64,000 nucleotides of DNA from assembly GCA_951406725.2 (NCBI GenBank), contig OX597825.1, positions 24,304,001-24,368,000 on the forward strand, written 5' to 3'. Origin of the DNA: Octopus vulgaris (taxonomy: Eukaryota). Each line of letters starts with the position of its first letter. The stretch's first letter is position 1. This document shows, piece after piece, positions 27,322-41,011 of this stretch. The notes beneath the pieces are model-generated. The model saw only the letters and a program-made list of their open reading frames with translations, was not told where the DNA came from and did no database searches. A program made the translations under genes and the position numbers.

Positions 27322-28789
27322 TTCATGGTGTCATAGTGAGGATTTGATTAAAGACTTTGCAATTAAATAAAATTAGGAGAAAGCTTTTCACTTATAAATA
27401 AAGAGGAAGTATGACAAAAATAAATGTTATTTTCCATTTTAATATTAATTTTGTTTCATTTTGAAAAATGAAAATTTATTTTATGGTTTGTTATTGTTTA
27501 TATTTTGAATTACATATATATGAATGCACCAAAATCTTTTAAGTGCTTAGTCGTTCTATGGGTTTTAATCCGGCCCTTGTTGTGTAGATAGTAAGATTGG
27601 CCCTGGGCGAGGCTTTTTGTCCCTTTAAAAATCCTCAGGTACAAGCATAGTTTGATTTTTAGCATCTCTGTCATGTGGTGTACACTGTGATTGGCCACTG
27701 AAAATACCCAATAAAATTTGTATGATAAAATAAAGGTATGCGTCAGCATGAATGGTAAACTCTTTTCACACCAACTGCAAGAAGCATCCATCATTGCCAC
27801 ATCTATGCTGCTCGTGTTCAAAGAGAACACTTCAGTTTGAAATCTAGTTGCAGCTAACATGCATATATAATATGATGTATACCTGTGTATAGGTATGTAC
27901 ATATGTTCACATGTATGAAAGAATGTATCTATATATATGTTCACATGTATGAATGTATGTATCTATGTATTAAACAGCCAAATGTGCTATGAAACATTGA
28001 GATATATCAATTTGAAAAGAACAAAGGACAAAGCTAAAATTAATATATCAAAATTATATTTCTGTTTCTATGTGTCTAATCTCATGAGATATTTAGGTAA
28101 AATTTTAATTATTCATAAAAGGTGTATAGAGTCTGTTCAAAGAATTAGGCAGTACATGTGTGTACACTCTGTACAACTAAGCAACAAATAGCTATTTAAA
28201 AGTCTTCAGAAAACACAAAGACAGTAATCAGATATTCTTTAAAGATAGTTCTGTTTGTTTTCCTCATAAAATTCCATTGTTTGAAGAACAACAGGAAAAT
28301 AAAACGACAAAACAAAAACAAGGAAACTGTTTTGCAAAATGTCGATGGTGAATTTGTATAATTTGCATATTGATCGTGTATCTAACTATATGTGATATTA
28401 TATATATATATATATACATACAGATGATTTATATAGTGATTTGTATAGCTGTACGTGGTTGTATGTAAGGGTGTGTGGGTGTGTTATGTTATATAGGCTG
28501 CACACGAATTATCTTTACAACTTCCTCAATGTATTGTATTAAATTTTAAAAGGAATTTATGGACATCCTACATATATATATACATATACCTCTGTAGCTA
28601 TAAATAGATGCAGCTGATCTATATGTTGGATTCTAAAGTTGTAAACGACATTTATGGCATTTGCAGTTTCTTGCTGAGCGACATTCACCTGATGCTTCCT
28701 GGTCTTTTAATTTGCTGGTTTCACGGTAGAACTGACTGTGTAATTCCATGCTGAGTAGGGTTTCTTCTCTCTCGTTGGCTATCATTATT

Positions 28790-28873
<84 letters not shown>

Positions 28874-29420
28874 GAGTGAGAGAGCAGTGCATGCCATCAA
28901 AGTGACACTGGGGTAAAATATACGAAGCCCAGTATATCCATCATGTCTATCTGTCTGATAAGGGTACACTAGGCACATGCATCACAATCATATGTGCGCG
29001 ACATGGTGATCTCATATCAAGATAAACAGCACATGACTTTGCAGGTGGGGCCCAGTTAGAATTTTTCTTCTGGTCGAGTAACCCATCGCACTCAAAAGGT
29101 CCCTGAATAAGGGTTGTTTAAGGATGTTGAACAAAATACCCATGTTTCCAGAAGTGAATTATTCAAACCCCAAAGAATCCCTCTAAACGCATGGCTATGA
29201 TACTCCCCACTACTTCTGCTCGTGATCAGAGATGCACATATCGTCAGCCACTAAAGGACAGGCTCAACTGGTTGAGGTCAAACAACTGACAAGCAAATCT
29301 GTGGTATTGAGCAGAATATTTGCTGTAGCCCATGTTTTATACCAAGACAAAACAATTCCACTTCCAATCAGTTAAGATCAGGAGCCACGAGAGCCACTGT
29401 CTGGTACTGCATCAGGACAT
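28874..29420. mobile_element. ~550-bp non-coding interspersed element inside (TAA)n, copy 1
   Basis: Colinear with 30118-30686 and has the same two ends. Confidence 0.8.
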
Positions 29421-29447
29421 TTATTATCATTATTATCATTATGATTA

Positions 29448-30065
29448 GGGGGGAGCGCTGGCAGAATCGTTAGCATGCCAGGCAAAATGCTTAGCGGTAT
29501 TTCGTCTGCCGTTACGTTGTGAGTTCAAATTCCGCCGAGGTCGACTTTGCCTTTCATCCTTTCGGGGTCGATAAATTAAGTGCCAGTTACGCACTGGGGT
29601 CGATGTAATCGACTTAATACTTATGTCTGTCCTTGTTTGTCCCCTCTGTGTTTAGCCCCTTGTGGGTAATAAAGAAATAGGTATTTCCAAGTTCAAATTC
29701 CGCCAAGGTAAAATTTGCCTTTCATCCTTTTGGGTTTGATGAAATAAACATCAGTTAAGAACTGGGGGTCAATGTGATCAACTTAACCCCTCTCCCACAA
29801 TTACTGGCCTTTGGAACTATTTGAAACCATTATTATCATTCTTTGCTGCTAAGGCGGTGAGGTGGCAAAATCATTATAATGCCGGGCAAAATGTTTAGCG
29901 GTATTTTGTCCATCTTTACATTCTGAGTTCAAATCCCACCAAGGTTGACTTTGCCTTTCATCCTTTCAGGGTCATAAAATAAGTGCCAGTGAAACACTGG
30001 GTTTGATCTAATCGACTGGCCCCCTCCCCAAAAATATCTGGCCTTGTGGCTATAGTAGAAAGGAT
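29448..30065 (+). mobile_element. Cluster of SINE family A units (dimer plus monomer)
   Basis: Heads or B-boxes at about 29450, 29690 and 29851. Confidence 0.85.
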
Positions 30066-30117
30066 TATTATTATTATTTTTATTGTTCTTGCTGTTACTA
30101 TTATTATTATTATCATT

Positions 30118-30686
30118 GAGTGAGAGAGCAGTTCATGCCATCAAAGTGACACTGGGGTAAACTATACGAAGCCCAATATACCCATCATGACTACCCGTCT
30201 GATAAAGGTACACCAGGCACATGCATCACAACCATATGTGCGCGACATGGTGATCTCATATCAAGATAAACAGCACATGACCTTGCAGGTGGGGCCCAGT
30301 TAGAATTTTCTTCAGGTTGAGTAGCCCATCCCGCTCAAACGGTCCCCGAATAAGGGTTGTTTAAGGATGTTGAAAGAACCACCCATGTTTCCAGAGGTGA
30401 ACTATTCAAACCCCAAAGAATCCCTCTCAACACATGGCTATGATGCTCCCCCACTACTTCTGCTCGTGATCAGAGATGCACATATCGTCAGCCACTAAGG
30501 GACATGCTCAACTGGTTAAGGTCAAACAACTGACAACTGGTTAAGGTCAAACAATCTGTGGTATTGAGCAGAATATTTGCTGTAGCCCATCTTTTATACC
30601 AAGACAAAACAATGTACATGATAACACTTCCAATCAGTTAAGATCAGAAGCCATGAGAGCCACTGCCTGGTACTGCATCAGGGCAT
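30118..30686. mobile_element. ~570-bp non-coding interspersed element inside (TAA)n, copy 2
   Basis: As copy 1, plus an internal duplication of CAACTGGTTAAGGTCAAACAA. Confidence 0.8.
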
Positions 30687-30692
30687 TTATTA

Positions 30693-30761
<69 letters not shown>

Positions 30762-30762
30762 T

Positions 30763-31135
30763 TAAAGTGGTGAGCTGGCAGAATCGTTCGCACACCGAAC
30801 AAAATGCTTAGCGGTATTTAATCTGCCGCTACATTCTGAGTTCAAATTCCACCGAGGTCGACTTTGCCTTTCATCCTTTTGGGGGTCGATTAAATAAGTA
30901 CCAGTTACGCACTGGAGTCGATATAATTGACCTAATCCGTTTGTCTGTCCTTGTTTGTCCTCTCTGTGTTTAGCCCCTTGTGGGTGGTAAGGAAATATTT
31001 ATTTTGCTCGTAGCTACATTCTGAGTTCAAATTCTGCCACGGTCAACTTTGCCTTTCCTCCTTCTACAGGGATCGAAGTAATCGACTCATCCCCTCCCCC
31101 CAAATTGCTGTCCTTATGAAAAATTTGAAGCCATT
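30763..31135 (+). mobile_element. SINE family A dimer inside (TAT)n
   Basis: A long-tail unit followed by a headless short-tail unit. Confidence 0.82.
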
Positions 31136-31149
31136 ATTACTACTATTAC

Positions 31150-31206
<57 letters not shown>

Positions 31207-31211
31207 TATTA

Positions 31212-31252
<41 letters not shown>

Positions 31253-31253
<1 letters not shown>

Positions 31254-31418
31254 TATGTTTGACTTTTGCTTTATATTTGTACAAGTTGGCTCCAAGTCTC
31301 ACCCAGAGACCTCAAGAGACAACAGGGTTGGAAGTTCATGTTGTTGTTATGCCTAGTGTGCCATATATTTGGGGGGGGGATGTTGTACTAATGAATGTCT
31401 AAAAAGAAAAAAATAAAG

Positions 31419-31449
<31 letters not shown>

Positions 31450-32381
31450 CGAAAATTATGTTTGTTTTAAACCTTGAGATTACATAGAGAGTATTTTGCG
31501 TAGGATATGAGCAGTTCCCATGAGCACTATCTTTTGAACTTCTGCCATTTTTGGGTTTCCTGGTATCTGAGTTAGGTAGCTATCAGCCCCTTTTGCTATC
31601 ATTCCCAGGGCACCTATGACAACAGGTATTGTTTTAGTCTTCAGCTTCCACATTTTGCTGATTTCTATTTCAAGATCTTTATATTTGCTCAGTTTTTGGT
31701 AGGTCTTGACAGATACGTTTATATCGATTGGGACAGTCATATCAATGAGGAGGCATGTTCTTTGTTTGAAGTTTTTCAATATGATGTCTGGCCTATTTGC
31801 ATCTATCTTCCTGTCAGTTTGAATGGTGAAGTTCCAGAGGAGTGAGATGTGGTCATTTTCAAGCACTGGGGGTGGTTTGTGTTCCCACCAGTTTTTTTCA
31901 TGGGGCAAATCCAGGTTTTTACAGATTACCCAGTGAATATATTGTGCAGCTCTATCGTGCCTGTTGAGATACTCTGTAGGCGCTAGAAGACTGCACTTGG
32001 AGACCACATGGTCAATGGTTTCATTTTGTTGCTTGCATACACGACACGTTGGACTGCTTCTGATCTTTAATATGTTGGCCTGGTAGTTTCTTGTTGGTAG
32101 GCATTGATCTTGAGCTGCTATGATAAACCCCTCTGTTTCAGATTTTAAGCCAGAGGCCATTAGCCATTGATGGGTCAGGGCTTTGTCGATATCTGCATTA
32201 TTCGCTCTCTTTGGGTATTTGCCATAGAGAGGTTTTTCTTGCCATTTATTATTCAGAATATCTAAGGCCGCAGTTTTGGCACGGGTTTTCATGCGCCTAG
32301 CTTTTTCTGTGCTTGTTTCTTGTATATCTATCTCTAATTCCGAAATTGGTTGTATTCGGAATTCACTTAGATATTCCTTAC

Positions 32382-32382
<1 letters not shown>
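31253..32382 (-). mobile_element. Young 5'-truncated R4/Dong-clade LINE with an intact C-terminal ORF (CCHC plus restriction-like endonuclease)
   Basis: Uninterrupted ORF 31480-32292: KPLYGKY, LKSETEGFIIAAQDQ, CRVCxxxxETIDHVVSKC, RHD, RPDI...LIDMTV...K..KY. (TAA)n directly at both junctions. Confidence 0.93.
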
Positions 32383-32459
<77 letters not shown>

Positions 32460-32486
32460 TACTATTACTATTATCATTATTATTAC

Positions 32487-32528
<42 letters not shown>

Positions 32529-32538
32529 CATTATTATT

Positions 32539-32571
<33 letters not shown>

Positions 32572-34791
32572 GTTGTTGCTCTGTAACTTGTTTAGCTATT
32601 AGTTTCCAATAACTTGTATTTAAAAAAACCAAAAACAAAAACAACACAAGACACAAAATCTCATTGTTTAATACCTTCCAGTCTTGTTGAGAAATTTTCC
32701 TTTTTCTTATTCTTCTTCCATTATTAATCCTATAAACTTACTTTTTACTTTTCAATTTCTTTACTATTTTTTTTTGTTTTTTTTCCTATTAAATCTTTAT
32801 TACTTCATGTTGTCAGTAATCAGAAACCAACATCTCTTGGGCCTTACTCTGAAGAATCATATTGATTGGGACAAGGACAAGGGAACAATGAAATCCATAA
32901 CTGAAACACTGGCAGAAGCCTGATTACACTATTATATTTTTGCCAGAGAATTCTTTCTCCCAGTGGTTTATTGTAGAAATCTGAATATCTTCGTTTTGTT
33001 TCTATCCGTCTTTCCTTTTTTAATTTTACGATTGACAAGTTCATATTCTGTTAATGTTGCTTGGGATTTGTGTGGCCACACACACACACAAACACACACA
33101 TACACACACACATATATGCACATACACACATACACATATGCACACATTCACACATGTATGTATACATATAGATATATAATATATCGTGTGTGTGTGGTAT
33201 GTATGGGTGTATATGTATTTGGGCGTTTGTGTATGTATGTACATTTGTATACACACACACACACATACATACATACATATACACACACACATATGCACAC
33301 ACTCACACATGTATGTATACATATAGATATATAATATATATCGTGTGTGTGTGTGTGTGGTATGTATGGGTGTATATGTATTTGGGTGTTTGTGTATGTA
33401 TGTACATTTGTATACACACACACACACACACACATATATATTTATATAGATATATATATATATATGCATATATATGCATATATACATATGTACACACAAG
33501 ACACACACATATATATATATATATAAGTGTGTGTGTATTTCTATGTATGTATGTATGTATGTATGTATGCATTTTTGCAGTGTTTTTGTAGTGTTTATTT
33601 ACTGATTAAGGTTTATGAAAGCTGAAATATAGACTAAATCGCTCTGTTTGTTTTTTCGGACTTCTGGACGACATCTCATTGGCCTTGGTTTTTGTTCTTC
33701 AACTACATGCACACATACACATGTGCATAAACACACAAGCATGCATAGATACACTCATACATACATACCTACAAACATACATATGAATTATATTCTATTC
33801 AATGTTATCATGTCTTCCCTTGTTCGATATGGTTAACCAACTTCATATAGCAACTGAGTCCATACAGGATATCTATCCAGATTTATAAATCCCTATTACT
33901 TGGGGTATATATACATACATATATATATATATATATATTTCGTTTTTGAATTTAGTTTATGAGACTCTTTATATGAGCTCGTGTGTTGAAGCATATTCTG
34001 TTGTGTTTGGGGAGAGTCATTCTCTTTTGGTAACTTATTATTTAACACACTCATCGGTAAAATTTCCACTTTTTTCTTATCCTAAAATTTTCGTTGCATC
34101 TTGCAGCCTTTTCAATAACTTAGCGGTTCAGCAAAAGAGACCGATAGAATAAGTACTAGGCTTACAAAGAATAAGTCCTGGAGCCAATTTCCTCGACTAA
34201 AGGCGGTGCTCCAACATGGCCACATTCCAAGGCGAATGCCCCAGCATGGCTGCAATCCAATGACTGAAACAAGTAAAAGAAAAGGCTGTCGACTAAAAGT
34301 GACAGACAAGCAAAATCATTAAAGTCTCACTGAAAATTCCTTGTGATGTTTAGTTGCAGCTCTTTATGTTCTGAGTTCAAACCACACCAAAGTCACCTTT
34401 AGTCTTCATACTTCCAGGGTCAATAAAATAATGGAAAAGTTAAGTTCTAAAGTCAATTTAATTGCCCTTTGTGCTTGATTATGTCTTATGTCTCTCTACC
34501 TAAATCAGAAAAATCTCCATCATCATCATTATTATAATTAGTCAATTAATTAACTAATTAGCTAATTTACTAATTATTGTGTTGGATCAATCATTTGGTT
34601 CATCTGTGTCTTTCATTGTTGTCCTTGATCTCCTTGCATCGCATGTTCTCATCTTCTCCGATTCTGTGTTTGTGCTCTCTTTCAATATTAACAGATTATA
34701 GCAAATGGAATCTGTGTGTGTGTGTGTATACGTGTGTGTGTGTATGTTTATGTAAGTGTATGTATGTGTACATATATGTGTGTATATGTAT

Positions 34792-35040
34792 ATACAAGCA
34801 AAATGCCCCCCTCCTGTCCAATGGATGGTGCTGATGTACTTGCGCGTACAAATGCACGTTCCCACGGCTTTATCGATCACATTCTCACCTGGAATCGATT
34901 TATGTAATTTTTTTCAAGACTTATACACGCCCTGATACCGTCGGTATCTACATGTGAAATTTGAATGCAATCAGATGGAGGATAAGCGAGATCCTAGAAG
35001 ACACACACAGACAGACAGAACAGATTTTATGTAAGAGATG
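34792..35040 (-). mobile_element. Short non-autonomous Helitron relic
   Basis: Minus-strand 5' end A|TCTCTTACATAAAA..(GTCT)n. The 3' end has a decayed hairpin CCATCCATTGGACAGG, then CTTG|T (mutated CTAG). Confidence 0.55.
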
Positions 35041-35099
35041 TGTATGTTTGTGTGTAAGTGTATTTGCATGCATTGGAAGGTCAGTGTCTTTGCATATAG

Positions 35100-35148
<49 letters not shown>

Positions 35149-35231
35149 ATGATTTTGTATGTTCTTTATTCATTTGTCAATTCTTGATGGTTATGAACTT
35201 TTGAATTATATACATGTATAAATGTATATAT

Positions 35232-35277
<46 letters not shown>

Positions 35278-35536
35278 CACTGTGATCACCGTGACTGACC
35301 AGGTTATCAGATGTTGTTACACATCGCTGGTCACAATGTGCTTCGCATTGTTTTAGCCTTCAAATGACACCACCCCGCTGGCTAAGGGAGCAGGGATTGC
35401 CACCACCCCCTGCCGGATCCTCATGGAGCTTTAGGTGTTTTCGCTCAATAAACACTCACAACGCACGGTCTGGGAAACGAAACCGCGATCCTACAACCGC
35501 GAGTCCGCTGCCCTAACCACTAGGCCATTGCGCCTC

Positions 35537-35540
<4 letters not shown>
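35278..35540 (-). mobile_element. tRNA-derived SINE family C
   Basis: Reverse complement of 38552-38852. A 3' fragment also lies at 40348-40460. Confidence 0.85.
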
Positions 35541-35571
<31 letters not shown>

Positions 35572-37350
35572 CACACTCATACATATACATATATATATGG
35601 TGGTGAGATATTTATGTTTGGGATGGATTAGGTTGTATAGGGAATTGTTGTTACTTCTTTTATACTTTCTGTTAAATTCAGTTTCCATCTGTAATAAGTA
35701 TGTTGCTTCTTTTATTTGTTTTAACATGTAAGCATATTGGTAAAGCACCAATGCTAGTTTCTTTCCCTTATACTCATGCTAATGAGCATCAATTCTTTGT
35801 ACTATGCTACAAGTAGTTTTCCCTTTATGTCGTGATAGTGTTCTTGCATATTATATATGAAACGCTCTGCACTTTAGCCACTTATGTAACTTTATAAATA
35901 ATGTATGGAAACATATGCATGCACATTTGTGTTCTCTTGTGATATGCACATCTACAAATGTAAGTTTATCTACATGCACGCATATACACAGTACATATGT
36001 ATATATGCATACATCAACTAGCTCAGGAATCACAAGACCCATGAGTTGCCTTGACTTAAACAAGCTGGCTTGAATTCTGAAAAGGTAAATCTCTTAAAAT
36101 ATACCCCACAGAAATATACACACGCACATATACATACATTACGTGGGGCTGCATGCATTTATAAATCATAAACAATTGCTACCAATATTTATCGAATATT
36201 CCCCTATCCTTTCTTCTTTCTGTTAGAAACTGATCTAACCTCAAATCTTATTTCATAATGAATTTATGGAAATATCTGTATAATTTGATTGGTAGCGGTG
36301 GTTGTCGTTACTGTCGTGGGTTTGAATGTCATGGTGGTGCTGGTGCTTGTGTTGGTATCGGTGAAGGTAGTAGTGGGGTGTAGTGACAGCGTCGGTGGCA
36401 GCTCAGTGTGTGGTGGTGGTGGTGGTGACTTGTAGGTTTAAGTGTCCAACAAATAAAACTACAATACTTTTGTTACAATGCTTATCTACAAATGAATCTT
36501 AGATTAACCCTATGTTAAGAAAAAAGAATTCGGAGAGGAGAATGGAAGGCCAAGAGAGGTGATGGTCATCACAGTGATTGCAGTAGCAGTAGAGGTGGTG
36601 GGCATAGCAGTTGTTGTCATGATTGTAATCATTGTGGTAGTGGTGGTCATGGTTGCCATGGTGTCAGTCACTATTGCTGACAGGTGCTGTCAGAGTGATA
36701 GTGATGGTCATGGTAGGGTAAAGGTTTGCTGGTGGCAGTTGTTTAACCATAGGCCATCCCTAATAACATAGACACATGATTGATCAAAAATGTCGCTATT
36801 ATGATCCCATCTTTAATTAAGGTATCCGACTTATTTCATGGCATATTTAGAGGATAAATTCATGGTTTCTGACCATATTTTGGAGGTCACCATCACTGGT
36901 GGCAGAGAATGGAACCTGACTTGAATCCTCTTTACAAAGTGTATCCTTGTATCCTGCTAAAAGGACCAAGGGACCACATTGTGTTAAACCATTTACACCA
37001 AGTTCTAGATGAAGTCTGCTGCAGAAGACATGCACAGTCTCTTCAGTCATAGTTTATCCCTTACCAAATTTCACACACACACACACATATATCTGTGTGT
37101 GTGTGTGTGAGTGCCTACACATATGTAGATGTGCATGACTTAGTGGATAGAGTGTTGTGCTCATGATTGTCAGATTGTGGTTTCAGTTCCTGGACTGACC
37201 AATGCATAGAGTTCTTGAGCAAAACACTTCATTTAATGATGCTCCAGTCCACTCAGGTGGCAAAAATGAATAAATCTACAACAGATTCGTGTCCCATCCA
37301 GCAAGGTAATATATACACCACAGAATCCAAGAAACCCAGCCATATGATCC

Positions 37351-37382
<32 letters not shown>

Positions 37383-37387
37383 TATGA

Positions 37388-37620
37388 AAGGCGGCGAGCT
37401 GGTAGAAACGTTAGCACGCCGGGCGAAATTCGTAGCCGTATTTCGTCTGTCATTACGTTCCGAGTTCAAATTCCGCCGAGATTGACTTTGCCTTTCATCC
37501 TTTCGGGGTCGATAAATTAAGTACCAGTTACGCACTGGGGTCGATGTAGTTGACTTAATCCCTTTGTCTGTCCTTGTTTGTCCCCTCTGTGTTTAGCTCC
37601 TTGTGGGTAGTAAAGAAATA
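37388..37620 (+). mobile_element. SINE family A long-tail monomer with CpGs intact (young)
   Basis: AAGGCGGCGAGCTGG...CTTGTGGGTAGTAAAGAAATA. Confidence 0.9.
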
Positions 37621-38462
37621 TATATATATATATATATATATAACAAAGTAAAGTTGTAAGGTACTGCAAGGGTGGAAATATATACAAAAGAAGGTTTGAA
37701 AATGCAATTTTAAAGATGTTTATGGTCGGCCAGAGGCTATAGCAAAAGACACTTGCTCAAGGTGCCGTGTTGTGGAAGTGAACCCAAAGCCATGTGTTTG
37801 GGAAGTAAACTGTGCTTATGTCTGTATTGCAAAACACAAATAAACTGAGTAAAGAATTATATGGGTAAAAGACGGAATATCAAAATCTGCGGCTGTGAGA
37901 GAAATATTTTGGATAGCACTGTAAACTTGCCACTTGGAAAAGGAGGAGGAGAGAGAGGAGGGTGAGTGCAAGGAAGGAGGGAGTGTTGGAAAGAAGGAGT
38001 AGGAAAGAGAGACAAAGAGGAGAGGAGAAGGAGAAGGCGAGGAAGGAGATGGGAAGAGGAGGAGGGAGGCTAGTAAAACAGAAGGAGGAGACTATATAAA
38101 ACTTGTTTAAGGAAAATGTCAGAGAGACATTGCACACATGTCAAACTAAAGAATATTTATGAGGAAATGAACAGCAAAGATTCTGAACATAACATTCTTT
38201 AAAGAATTACTCTGAAGAGCAACAATTCCTCAGAGACTGGACGTTGTTCTTTTCTGTCTGAAATTAGTTGCTGATAATGTCTGGTATTCTTATAATATGT
38301 TACAATATTTCAGAAGATGGTTGTATTAGTTGTGTTAAAGCAAATCTTTACTTGACAGACAGAATGTTTCGATCATTTACACATACAAGAAAAACAATAT
38401 ATTTTATATAGATATATGTGTGTGTAAAGCTATAAATATATAGTTAAATCCAGATATTGTGA

Positions 38463-38551
<89 letters not shown>

Positions 38552-38553
<2 letters not shown>

Positions 38554-38852
38554 AGGTGCAATGGCCCAGTGGTTAGGGCAGCGGACTCGCAGTCGTAGGA
38601 TCGCAGTTTCGATTCCCAGACCAGGTGTTGTGAGTGTTTATTGAGCGAAAATACCTAAAAGCTCCACGAGGCTCTGGCAGGGGGTGGTGGCGATCGCTGC
38701 TGTACTCTTTCACCACAACTTTCTCTCACTCTTTCGTCTGTTGGCCTGCTCGCTTAGCCAGCGGTGTGGCGTCATTTGAAGGCTAAAATAATGCGAAGCG
38801 CATTGTGATCAGCGATGTGTAGCAACATCTGATAGCCTGGGCAGTCACGATG
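38552..38852 (+). mobile_element. tRNA-derived SINE family C
   Basis: A-box TGGCCCAGTGG, B-box-like GTTTCGATTCC, tail GCATTGTGA.CAGCGATGTGTAGCAACATCTGAT. Confidence 0.85.
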
Positions 38853-39579
38853 ATGATATATATATATATATATATACACACACATACATACATACATACA
38901 TACATACATACATGCATATATATATATATATATATACATGCATACTTATATTCTTTTACTTGTTTTGGTCATTTGATTGTGGCAATGCTGGAACATCACC
39001 TTTAGTTGAACAAATTGACCCCAGGTCTTATACTTTGTAAGCCTAGCACTTATTCTGTTGGTCTCTTTTGCCAAACCACTAAGTTACTGGGACATAAACA
39101 CACCAATACTGATGTCAGGCGATGGTGGAAGGGACAAACACAGACACACAAATACATACACATACGTACAAACATACATCCTTGCATACATACAACCATA
39201 CATAAATACATTCATACAAACATACATACATACAAACATACATACATGCATATATGCATACATACATACACGCATACATACATGCATAAATACATGCATA
39301 CATACATACATGTATACATACAATCATACATACATGCATACATACATATATACATACATACATACATACATACATACATACATACACACATGCATATTTT
39401 CTTTGTTGCCAAGCCATTAAAAATGTATATCAAATGTATATCAACGCTTCCTTTTGGGTGAATGGAGTTCTATTCATTTTCCTGACTGTTTATTCAGTAA
39501 TCAAACCTTATTGGCATTCATGTCTGGGAAGTCCCCATAATCTTGTACTATGCTATGCTGAGTTTTTATTTACATACTT

Positions 39580-39780
39580 ATTACCTCTGCCTTAGCAAAG
39601 GCAGAGGTATTGTTTACAAATATTTGTCTCTGGGCAAGATATCTCAAAAATCGTTGGATGGATTCAGATGAAACTTTCAGGGATGTTTGGCCTCGTGGCT
39701 GTCACGAACTAATTAGATTTTAGGATCGATCTGGTACCAGACAAGGATTCTGGATAATTTTTTATATTTTCTTTACTTTA
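39580..39780 (+). mobile_element. Helentron/DINE-like non-autonomous relic
   Basis: Starts with the hairpin TACCTCTGCCTT-AGC-AAAGGCAGAGGTA, followed by GATATCTCAAAA...GGATTCAGATGAAACTT, typical of such elements. Confidence 0.5.
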
Positions 39781-39972
39781 CATGTGTATGTAAAGTTTCA
39801 AATAGTTATCTTCTACATGCACACACATACACACATATACTCACACTTCAAATGCTGTTTATTGGCTTATCCACGCCTTCCTTTGTTATTTATCTATCAC
39901 CCCTCCCTTTCTCATTCATATGACACTCTCTTTGCCATTGATCTCCTCTATCTTCACCTCCTACTCTGGCTC

Positions 39973-40054
<82 letters not shown>

Positions 40055-40055
40055 T

Positions 40056-40099
<44 letters not shown>

Positions 40100-40310
40100 G
40101 TAGATAGATATAGATAGCCACGAAACACGTGTAGTTATTCTACCAAATATATACGTTTTATTTATTATTTTGCACATTACATAATTATTGGTATATGTTT
40201 TATCTTATATTTAATCTTTCTATAAGATGTAGTTTTTCTAAATGGTATAATTTAATTTTTTTCATTATTGAATTGATAAAAGGTCGTTTTTTAATAATTT
40301 ATATATATAC

Positions 40311-40346
<36 letters not shown>

Positions 40347-40461
40347 CGTGATCACGTGATCGACCAGACCATCAGATGTAGTTACACATCGCTGGTCACA
40401 ATGCGTTCGCATTGTCTTAGCCTTCAAATGACGCCACCCTGCTGGCTAAGCAAGCAGGCCA

Positions 40462-40534
<73 letters not shown>

Positions 40535-41011
40535 AATATATAAAATAACAATGCTCATTATCATATTAGGTGATTATACATACATTTTAACACTTTACAG
40601 TATACTTACATATATACATAATTCTATACATTGATCTAAAACAACAGGATTACTAAAGGAAGACTGGAACTAAAGAGAGGAGAAAACCAAAAGGTCTCAC
40701 GATATCATTGAAGGATTTTATTTCAGATATTCTCATTTTAAAACTCATCTCTGGTTAATCATTGAGAAGACATTGGTGTTGCGTTGGCAGAGGTTTGCAC
40801 TCTCTGAGTGCTCTTGTTTATTTGTGTATTTATTTAACTTGGTGATGCTTGCTGTTACTTCAACCATTGCTGCCTGTTCTGCATACAAAAGGAGAGATCA
40901 GAATTTGTCCATAATGAAGAGAAAAACTGCAATTACCTCGGTGCTGGTTCCTACATTTGCTTTTTGTGACATTAGACAGGTGAAGGATACTGACAGATTT
41001 TATAGAATATA

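Noticed and set aside
30620-30686. Possible HDV-like ribozyme or U2 snRNA similarity at the end of the 550-bp element
   Set aside because: I could not build P1/P3/L3 pairings, and the U2 resemblance is only a few bases.
37388-37480. SINE heads as true tRNA genes
   Set aside because: There is no complete cloverleaf, and the heads are always fused to SINE bodies.
40740-40990. Possible minus-strand exon pair separated by a 58-nt intron, plus similar candidates near 14945-15015, 32850-32920, 52592-52675 and 60411-60530
   Set aside because: The splice signals are weaker or ambiguous between strands, the peptides are unrecognisable, and such hits are expected by chance.
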